This document shows positions 39,228 to 49,900 of a DNA stretch of 64,000 nt, piece by piece. Below the pieces are notes generated by a model. That model ran no database searches and was not told the origin of the DNA. It was given only the letters and a program-made list of their open reading frames with translations. The stretch lies in NCBI GenBank assembly GCA_018698135.1, contig JABINZ010000010.1:18641-82640 (forward strand). The letters run 5' to 3'. The stretch's first letter is position 1; each line of letters starts with the position of its first letter. Source of the DNA: Bacteroidota bacterium (GTDB taxonomy: Bacteria > Bacteroidota > Bacteroidia > CAILMK01 > JAAYUY01). Position numbers and translations under genes: made by a program.

Positions 39228-40829
39228 TTATTGCTTCAATACTTTAATGCTGTTTACAAGCTGGTCTGTATGCAATTCCACAATGTAAACTCCATTTTCC
39301 CATGTTTCAGTTTGAATATGGAATGAGTTTATTGATGATGAATAATTCTTCACAAAAACTTCTTTGCCTAATATATCGCGAATGATTATTGTCGCACTAT
39401 TATCAAAAGATTCGTCCAACTGAATTTTCAAGAAATTAGTAAAAGGATTGTTCAATACAATCCTATTCTCTGTTTTTTCATTTTCAGAAATACCTGTAAA
39501 ACACAGTGAATATGATTCCAAACCTGCCTCCAAATCATCTCCAAGAATGGATGTTTTAAAACTTGCTGACATAACTCCTATTGTAGTAGTAATATCACTA
39601 ATTGACAAATTTGCGTTTGACTCGCTAGGGTAATAATCACTTTCGTAACAACCAGAATTACCCGAATAATCTGCTTTAATCAAATAGCCATCCCATTCTG
39701 TTGCTCTGAATGTAGAGGAGCTAAATGATTTGGTATTTGCTCCAATTACTATTTTCTCATTGACAATAAATGACGATTTTGTTGGAACTACCTCATCCTC
39801 ACCACCACCATAGGCTTTCAGCCAGTTTAGTTTTCCATCGGTGCTGAAATTGGACAGGAAAACATCTCGTTCTCCTGCCGAATAGGAGTATGTCCATCCA
39901 TTTACGAAATAACCATTTTCTACCGTAGTAAGTATATTCATAATTACTTCTTCACCATTTCCACCAAAATATTTTTGCCAGACCAAATTCGCATTATTGT
40001 CCAGTTTAACAAATATATTTTCCTGATTGTTAGCGGGAGAACTTGTTTTACCACCTATTAAATAGTTTCCTAAACCATCCTGATTAGCACAATAAGCATA
40101 ATCTTCAGAGGCTCCTCCAACAATAGTACAGAAATCAATGATTCCATTTTCATCAACTTTCATGAGCAACATATCGTGCTTACCCGATCCATACGTAAAA
40201 GTAGCACCTGCCAATAGGTATTTCCCATCATTTGTTTTACGCATATTATAGCACCATTCGTTTTGTACTCCTCCATAGGATTTTGCCCATTCAAAACCAC
40301 CAGTGGATGTAATCTTCATTAAACAGATATCCATTAAACCATGAGAATAAGACTGTGTTTGACACAATAAAAGATACTTCTGATTACTTAACTCAACAAC
40401 ATCCCAAGCCAGTTCTTTTAAGGATCCGCCAAAAGTTTTGTTCCACATCATTTGCCCGTTTGCATTGGTTTTAACAACATAAATATCGTTTTCACCGAAC
40501 GTATTGGTCCAGGTATACCCTACAATTAAATAACCACCATCGGAATTTTCTATCAAGGAAATTCCTTCATCGTGTCCTTCTGCTCCATATGTCATAGACC
40601 ACATCATATTTCCTTCAAAGCTGAATTTAGCCAAATACATATCCTTATCGCCTTTACCAAAGCTTGTGGTATAACCCGTGCTTGCATAGCCCCCATCACT
40701 TGTCGGAATGATTTTCCTAACATAATCACTTCCTATTTGTGTACCATAATGTTTCTGGAAAATATGCTGCGCAAAAGTGCATGAACAAAAGAATAAACCT
40801 AGAATTAAGACGATCCAAAACTTTTTCAT
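39228..40829 (-). CDS. Secreted protein of tandem ~45-aa propeller-like repeats with a T9SS type A (Por_Secre_tail) C-terminal domain
   Basis: Signal peptide and about 7 repeats of the form YGG..D.G.S...T.DGGY...G.T.S.G.GD.D....K....G...W.K. C-terminus NPFTNFLKIQL...IRDILGKEV...GVYIVELHTD is typical of type A C-terminal domains. Confidence 0.75.
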   Translation of the reverse strand: MKKFWIVLILGLFFCSCTFAQHIFQKHYGTQIGSDYVRKIIPTSDGGYASTGYTTSFGKGDKDMYLAKFSFEGNMMWSMTYGAEGHDEGISLIENSDGGYLIVGYTWTNTFGENDIYVVKTNANGQMMWNKTFGGSLKELAWDVVELSNQKYLLLCQTQSYSHGLMDICLMKITSTGGFEWAKSYGGVQNEWCYNMRKTNDGKYLLAGATFTYGSGKHDMLLMKVDENGIIDFCTIVGGASEDYAYCANQDGLGNYLIGGKTSSPANNQENIFVKLDNNANLVWQKYFGGNGEEVIMNILTTVENGYFVNGWTYSYSAGERDVFLSNFSTDGKLNWLKAYGGGEDEVVPTKSSFIVNEKIVIGANTKSFSSSTFRATEWDGYLIKADYSGNSGCYESDYYPSESNANLSISDITTTIGVMSASFKTSILGDDLEAGLESYSLCFTGISENEKTENRIVLNNPFTNFLKIQLDESFDNSATIIIRDILGKEVFVKNYSSSINSFHIQTETWENGVYIVELHTDQLVNSIKVLKQ

Positions 40830-40903
40830 AGTAAGAGTAATTAATAGATTAAAGTAAGAGAACTAACTCAAAATTAAGTAATTAATTCATTTAATGAATC
40901 AAG

Positions 40904-43900
40904 TTAACGCAACAAAGTAATTGTTCCTTTTATGAATTTCTTTTGAGTTTGTGTACCCCTTGCGCTAATATGATAATAATAATCGCCTAGCTGACAGGCT
41001 TTCTCTTTAAACCTCCCATCCCATTGATTCTCTATATTATCCGACTCGAACATTTTTTCTCCCCACCGATTATAGATCACTATATAAAAATCAGTAATAA
41101 AAATTCCTTTGACCTCAAAGTAATCATTTAAACCATCTCCATTTGGCGTAAATGAATTGGGTACAAACAACCTGAAAGGAGTTGGAATACAAACTTCATT
41201 GGAAACAGAAACCTGATTATCAAGATTTCTTTGTGCTATGATGGAATAGCAATACTTGCTCTGATTCCTATTTGTTTCCTGTTCTGTGTATGAGAGAGGA
41301 CTATCGATAACACTATTCAAATAGGTATATGTTCCAGACACACTCTCACTTAGCATGACTTGATATTCCTGCACGCCTTGTGACCAATATTCATAGGCTG
41401 ACCAAAACAAAACAGGGAACTGATCGGTGGTATCCACTTTCAACAATATTGATTTCCCAATATTACTGAGAGGACTCAAATGCTGGCAACTATCAATAAT
41501 ATACAGTCGATAGGTATAGGACAAATCATCTACACTAACTGCTAGGTCGTTGTATTCTACTTCATCGGGTAGAAAGTCCTTCAGATGACTGAAATTAAAA
41601 TTATCTGGTGACTTCTCCATCACATAGGTTTCGGGGCGGCCTTGAGTAGCTGGTAACCATTCGATCTTAACATATTCATCTTCTTCTACTGTTGCACGGT
41701 CAATAAGCGGAGCATCCGGATCAGGATAAATAACAATCTTTTCTGTTGTGCTATCAAAACAACCTTTATCTGTTTCAACAATCAACTGAGTCAAATAAGT
41801 TCCTGATGCATAATAGGTATGAAGTGGATGTTGCAAAATGGATGAGCCACCATCTTTGAAGTCCCAACTCCAGGCAACAACTGTATCGGGATTTTTTACT
41901 GTCGACAGATCTGTAAAAATAATGCTGTCGGCTATGCAGGCGTAGGAGAAACTGAAGTCAGCCTCTGGCATGGGATGAACAACAATTTTTTTGCTTAATG
42001 TATCCAAACAATTGTAATTGGATTTAGAAATCAACCGAATTGAATAGGAACTATCCATTTGATAAGAATAATCAGGATTTGCCAGTGTTGAAAAAGCTCC
42101 ATTCTCAAATAACCAATTATATGTCAATGAACCATAGCCAATTAAACTTTTATTTGTAAAAACAAATTGATTATCAGTCAGACATTGGGTGCTGTCATTG
42201 ATTGCAAAATCAGTAAGCGGCATAGGTCTCACATACAACGTTTTTTCTGTGGAATCCTTGCAGGCAAGAGCAGATTCAATTATCAACTTCACTAGATAAT
42301 TATCATAATCCTGATACATATGATTGGTGTCTTTTGCAAAAGAAAAAGTTGAGTCACGGAAATTCCAGAGGTAGCTCAATTGTCCATAAGGAATGACAGA
42401 CAAATTCGTAAAGTTGAAGTTATTACTCCTGAGACATTGACTACTATCATCAACTGAAAAATCTGCCACAGGCATTGGATTAACAATCATCAATTTAGAT
42501 ATAGAATCTTTACAATTGAAATTCGAAGTGAGCAGGAGCTTCACTGAAAATGTATCGTAATTTTTATAGACATGATCAGGACTGATTTGAATTGATGTAA
42601 TACCATCCTGAAAGTCCCATAAATAGCTTAATGATCCATAATAAATACTTGATTGATTGGTGAAAATGAAATCATTGCCAAACAAACACTGACTGCTATC
42701 ATTAACTGAGAAATCACTCTCAGGCATAGGCCTCACATACATCTCTTGTTCAATTGAATCTTTACATCCGAATTGTGTTGTTGCTAATAGCTTGACCGAA
42801 AGAGTGTCGTGATTAGCGAAAGCATGTGTTGGACTTTGAGCTGTATCTATATGACTGTCCCTGAAATCCCACAGATAACTCATGCTGCCATAAGGAACAG
42901 TTGAAGTATTGAAAAAGGCAAATGAATTGGCAAATAAACATTGAGATGAATCGTTGACATAAAACTCAGCCACTGGCATAGGCCTCACCACCACTTGATT
43001 GCTCACTGAATCGCGACAATTCATGGCAGAGTTTATTTTTAACTCAACCGTTAAAGTGTCCCAATTTAAATAGCTGTGATTAGCATGTTCAAGTGATGAT
43101 TGATCGCCATCTCCATAATCCCAGAAGGAAGAAAAACTACCTGATAAGATGTTTGACAGATTGGTGAAACTAAAATTATTGGCATACAAACATTGATCAT
43201 TATCATCAATAATGAAATCCGCATTTGGCATGGGATGAACATAAACAGGATATGAAATTGAATCCAGACAAGATTGATTGGAAGTCAGGATTAACTTGAC
43301 TTCAAAAGTATCAGGATTACTATAGATGTGTGAAGGATTATTCACAAAAGAATAAGTTGAATCTCCAAAATCCCAATAGGGTGAATAAAATCCATATGGA
43401 ATGCTAGATGTATCTGTGAACTCGAACAGGTTGTTTTCCAGACAAAGGGAATTGGAATCAATTACAAAATCAGGTTCCGGTAATGGAAAGATGATTACTT
43501 TTTTAAAGGTGGAATCCTTGCAGCCCCAATCAGAAATATTCAATAAAATAACATTCAGTGTGTCGTAGTTCAGATACGTATGGTTTACATGAGTTTGATT
43601 CGAAGAATCAGTATCTCCAAAATACCAGATGTAATCAACACTCCCTGAACTTATGGTTGAACTGTTTGTAAACTCAAATAAATTGTTACTCAAACATTGG
43701 GTAGAGTCGTTGATACTGAAAGCAGCAAGGGGTTCAGGATGCACATGAATGTAAATAAAACCAAAAGTGGAATCAGTACAACCATTTCCTGATGTTGCCA
43801 AAAGGTGAACATCAAATGTGTCAGGATACATATATGAATGAACGGGATCTTTTAAAGAAGCTATCCCTCCATCCCCAAATCGCCAGTAATAAGTCATCGT

Positions 43901-46900
43901 GCCATAGGGAATGCTGGATGTATTGGTAAAACCAAAAGCATTTCGTTCGAAACACTGTGAGGTATCCCAAATAAAATAATCGGCAATTGGCATCGGATGA
44001 ACAACCAATAAGCGGCTTGTTGTATCTGAACACACCTCCCCTGATGTGGTAATCAGGATGACTGTGATGGTATCGAAAATGGAATAGCTATGTTGCGGAT
44101 TTTCCAGATGGGATGTATCATTATCCCCAAAGTCCCATCGATAAGTCAGGTTTCCTGAAGGAATGTTAGAATTATTTGTGAAGGCAAACTGGTTTCCTTC
44201 CAGGCATTGGCTGCTGTCATCAATGGCAAAAGCTGAAACAGGCATGGGGAAAACGATAATGTTTTTATCCAGTGAATCTGAACAATCCAAATTGGATGTG
44301 GCAATCAGGTTTACTGTGAAAGTATCTGGATTATCATAGCAGTGTTGGGCATTTTGAGTAAATGCACTGTCTCCGTCACCAAAACTCCATTGATAACTTT
44401 GTGTCCCGGATGCAATTGTGGAGCTATTTGTAAAAACATAATCGTGGTCGAAAAAGCATTGGTCACTGTCGTTGATGGAGAAAGATATTTGCGGATTCGG
44501 GAAAACATAAGTTGTTTTAAACGCTGAATCCATACAATTCTGATCAGAAGTAGCCAGCAAGCTGACTGTGAAGGTATCATCTGAACTATAAGAATGACTA
44601 GTTGAACTAAGCGTAGTCGAAGTGTTGTCCCCAAAATCCCAAACATAGCTTAGGCTGCCATGCGGAATTGATGAACTATTGCTAAAGGAAAATACATTGT
44701 TGTTGAAACATTGTGCTGAATCGTTTAGGAAGAAATCTGCATCAGGCATTGGAAATACAATCGTTGTTTTATAAGCTGAATCTTTGCAGTCCATAGCAGA
44801 AGTCACGAGCAATTTGACAAGGAATGTATCAAAAAAAGTATAGGAATAAGATGGACTGGTCGCAGATGAAACTCCTGAATAATCACCAAAATCCCAATTG
44901 TAACTCACTGTTCCAGAATTAATGGAGGATGAGTTGTTGAAGCTGAACTGGTTATTGATTAAACACTGAGCAGAATCATTGATGGAAAAAACTGCCTGAG
45001 GCATGGGATGTATGTAGGTCTTTTTATAAGCCGAATCCAAACAACCTTTGTCTGAAGTCACTTTCAATTCTACGGTGAATGTATCGTCTGAATTATAGTA
45101 ATGAGTTGGAGCACTGAGCGTAGTCGAAGTGCTATCTCCAAACTGCCATTGATAGGCTAAACTACCATAGGCAATTGTGCTGCTGTTTGTAAAGTTGAAT
45201 ACATTGTTGTAGAAGCATTGGGAACTGTCGTTTACATCAAAGCCTGCAATTGGGTTTGGATAAGCAATGACATCTGTATTGGCAGAATCCCAACAATTGT
45301 GACCAGAAACCACCATGAGTTTGACGGTAAATGTATCAAAGTTCAAATAAGAATGTGTTGCATTTTGACTGTTTGACGTATCATTATCTCCGAAATACCA
45401 GATATAATTTATGGAACCTGAAGAAATTGAAGACAAATCAGTAAAATAAAAACTGTTGTCGCTTAAGCATTGATCCATGTCATTGACAGAAAAATCAGCA
45501 TCCGGCATAGGGAAAACAATGACCTCTTTGGTCAGAGTATCCTTACAACTATTATTAGAAGTCGCAATTAATTGAACTGTAAATGTATCATCTGCATTAT
45601 ATGAATGAGTTGGAGCACTAAGCGTAGTCGAACTGCTATCCCCAAATTGCCACTGATAAGCCAGTGAACCATAGCCAATTGTAGAGGAATTGTTCAAAAC
45701 AAAAAGGTTGTTGGATAAGCATTGGTCGCTATCGTTAAAGGAGAAAGCAGGAATGGGAGATGGCCAAACAATTACGCCTTTCTCCAAAGAATCTGCACAA
45801 CCAAAATCGGTATAAGCCAATAGTTTTACTTGCAGGCTATCATAAGCAGAATAACTATGACTAGTGTTCTTAACGCTATCTATCGAATTATCGCCAAAGC
45901 TCCACAAATAAAAGATGCTGTCGTTTTGATTGATGGAAGTGCTGTTGGTGAATTGGAAATAATTTTCATTGAGGCATTGCTCATTGTCATTTATGCTAAA
46001 AGAAACAGTTGGTGTTGCATGGATAATGACCTGAATTTGATTTAATGTGTCTTTACCGCACATATTGTTGGCTACACAGAAATACCACCCACTATCACTT
46101 AAGGATGTTTGAGGAATAATATATTCAGTTGATGTAGCTCCATTGATTGCATTTCCATTTTTAAACCATTGATAGTAGATAGGTTCTGTCCCTGAAGAAG
46201 AAACTTTTAAAATAAGGGAGTCGCGTTCACAAATTTCAGCATAAATAGTTTCTGAGAGCTTAACAACCCAGCCATCATAATTTCCATTATTATTACTAAC
46301 ATCTCCATTTGTTGATCCGGTCTCTCCTGAAAAAATTATATTGCCATTCTTGTCTTTTGTAAGACATAAAGCTGGATCATTATAAGTTCCACCATAACAG
46401 TGTTCCCATACTAAATTGAGATTCTTGTCCAATTTAGCAATATACGAATCAGTATTCCCTTTATATCCTTCTACACCTGTGCCTGTATTAATTCCTGCTA
46501 TATAGTAATTCCTAAACTGATCAATCAAAATGCTATGTGCTTGACCATTAAAAAAAGGACTATTACAAATCCAAGTTCCGGAAGTATCCAAAAGGGCCAA
46601 ATAATTAATCCCACCTATTGCAATTTTATTGTTATCCGTTAAACAAATTGGAAAAATCCAGGAATTATAAAACTGATTATTTGGATTTGTTTTTTTCCAG
46701 ATTACATTTCCATGCTTATCTGTTTTGATTAAATCAAGATATATGTTTTTCGGAAAGATTATTTCAGTGGCTATTGAAATATATAAAAATGAATCGTTAT
46801 CCTGTACAACTGAATAAGCTATATTATTCCGGTTGTCTCCTATGACTTTGGACCATTCTAAATTTCCGGATGCAGATAATTTCAGTACCCAGACATCGGA

Positions 46901-49900
46901 ATATCCATTATTATTAGCTACATCATAATCATCTGAATTAGAATAGCCTACAACTAAATACCCCCCATCTAATGTCTGAATAACAGATTCTGCTTCCTCA
47001 TTATCACTTCCACCATATGATTTCTGCCATATCAGGGTCCCAACAGAATCAATTTTAAATATCCAAAAGTCCTTGTCTCCATTGTTTTTTGTCAAGTCAC
47101 CATTTGAGGAACTTGAATAACCAGCAATTACATAAGCTTCTTCATTTCTTGCTTTTATTATGGACCAAGCCCAATCATCATATAATCCTCCAAAACATTT
47201 CTTCCATACAATATTACTTGCTGTATCAAGCTTAACTATCCAAATATCAGTACCCCCATGATTACCAGTTACTTGCCCATTTGTTGAATTAGCTGTATTG
47301 GCAATAATGTAACCATCATCAACAGCCACCATAGAATATGCAGCATCTGTACTTGTACCGCCAAGGCATTTTTGCCAAATGAGTTTTGGTTTCTCAGTAG
47401 TTGTACTTTGTGTTGGAATAATATGTAATGCTGGACTTTGATAAACACTTAGATTTATTATTATGGATGTATCGGTTCCGCAGATATTTTGAACTTCACA
47501 GGAATAATCACCAGAATTCGCAGCTTCAGAATTTGAAATACAATAAAAACTATCGCTTGCCCCACTTATATTTTGTCCATTCTTCTTCCATTGGAAAGTA
47601 AAAGGCTTTGTTCCGGTGCAAGTCACATGGAAACAAATGCTTTCCCCTTCACAAAGTGTATCACCTTGAGATTGGGCTACAATCGTTGGTTTTTCAACAA
47701 TCACTATTTGTTTGAAAGTGGAATCTTTACAACCATAGGCACTTTCCACATTCAGTTTTATGGTAAAGGTGTCTGGGCTTGAATAATGCACACCGAAACT
47801 ATCGGTTCCGCTTGTATCGCAAATGGCATAATCCCAGCCATAACTTAAACTTCCTGAGCCAATAAAGGAACTGTCTTCAAACACAAAAAGATTTGAGGGT
47901 AAACATTGGTTGGTATCATTAATCGTAAAATCAGCCACAGGACTTGGGCGGATAATGACATTCTTCTCTATTGAATCTGCACAGCCAAATTCAGTATAAG
48001 CCAGCAATTTTACCTGCAGGCTGTCATAAGTGGAATAGCTATGACTGGTATTTTTAATGCTGTCTGTTGAATTATCTCCAAAGCTCCACAAATAATAGAT
48101 GCTGTCGTTTTGGTTGATTGAAGTGCTATTTGTGAATTGAAAGACATTTCCATGAAGGCATTGTTCAGCATCGTCTATACTAAATCTTGCAACAGGGGTC
48201 GGATGAACGTAAATAAAAATATCCTCCAGTGTGTCGGATGAGCACATATTACTGGCCACACAATGGTAAATTCCGCTATCCCATAAATTTACATGAGCAA
48301 TGCTGTAGACATCACTATTTGCACCAATTATAAGGCTGTCGTTTTTAAACCATTGGTAATTGACATTTCCCGGAATGTCTGCAGTCACATTAATAAACAA
48401 GCTGTCGTTTACACAAAGTTCTTTCTCATAGGTTTCTTCCAATTTCACTATCCAAACATCATTGCCACCGTGGTTTCCGCTAACATCTATATTGTTTGAC
48501 ATAGAACGTCCAACAACCAAATATTCTTTTTTCTTGGTTTCAACAATTTCATCCGATTGGTCATTTGATGTACCTCCAAGGTTTATTTCCCATTCCAGCT
48601 TTCCCAAGCTATTCGTTTTAATAACCCAGTAATCAATAGTCCCATAATTCGTTGAAACATCCTTATCAGATGATGCTGACGCACCCGAAAAAACAAAACC
48701 ATTGTCTTGTGTTTGTTTTATTGACCATCCCTCATCGTTGCCACTTCCTCCATAACGATTTTTCCAAAGTATATTTCCCTGTGTATCTATTTCTATAATA
48801 AAATAATCATAAGCTCCTTTTGCATTGTTAATAAAGGTATTATTTGAACTTGTACGCCCTGCCAATGCCAATCCATCATGGGTAACGCATATTCCCTGAC
48901 CCCAGTCATAGCCTGATCCCCCATAGGTTTTAGCCCAAACGAGGTTTCCATTGGTATCTAATTTCGAAAGCAGAATATCCATACCCCCATAACTTGTTGT
49001 TATATTACCGTTCGAAGAATTTGTATAGCCAATAGCATAAATATAATTATCTTTTACAATGATATCATAACAAGCTTCAGCAACACTTCCTCCAATACAA
49101 GTCGACCATTTTAAACTGCCTGATTTATCGAGTTTGAAAACCCACATATCACTACTGCCATGATTTCCGGATATATCCCCATTGTTTGAATAAGTGACAC
49201 CACCGATAACGATGGAGTATTCATTTATTTTTTCCGCACAATTGGCCTGATCTGTTGAAGAACCACCCACACATTTTTGCCATTTGAGTGTCCCGTTTCC
49301 ATCAAACAAAACGCTATATGCATCATGGCTACCGTGATTTCCACTTATACTACCATATTCCGAAAAACCAGTAACGAAATAATGATTTTCGTATAATTCA
49401 AGGATATCTTTTGATTCTTCATTGCCAGATCCCCCAAAGCATTTTTGCCACAATGTATCCCCTAAGTCATTAATTTTAACTGCCCAATAGTCTTTCATCC
49501 CGTTATTTCCTGAGACATCATAATCATTGGAGGAAGTAAAACCCGTAAACAGAAAAAAGTTATCCGTTGTTCTGTTTAAGCCAAAACAATAATCATGAGC
49601 AGAACCACCATAACACTTTTGCCATTTGATATAGGGCTTGTGGGATTTGAAATCATTTTCATTAACCAATGACAATTCTGGTTTTTGAACTATGTTCAAA
49701 TATATATTCGAGCTGGAGTCATTGCCACAGGAATTCTCTACCACATATTTATATATTCCAGAGTCAGAAGCAATGAGAGGCGACAGGCAAAATGTATTGC
49801 TTGTTGCTCCATTAATTACTTGACCATTTTTCTTCCATTGATAACTAAAAGGTGTCGTTCCAGAGACAGAGTCTGTCAGACAAAAACTCAAACCTTCACA

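Noticed and set aside
36649-40830. Genomic island integrated at tRNA-Thr
   Set aside because: No integrase, excisionase, transposase or duplicated tRNA 3' end could be found downstream. The phage-like muramidase domain is part of a chromosomal fusion protein, so island status is not supported by the sequence.
40830-40903. TTCATTTAATGAA palindrome between the giant gene and the propeller-repeat gene as an intrinsic terminator
   Set aside because: AT-only stem of about 5-6 bp with a 2-nt centre and no following T-tract, so it is too weak to call a terminator. The two genes are more likely co-transcribed.
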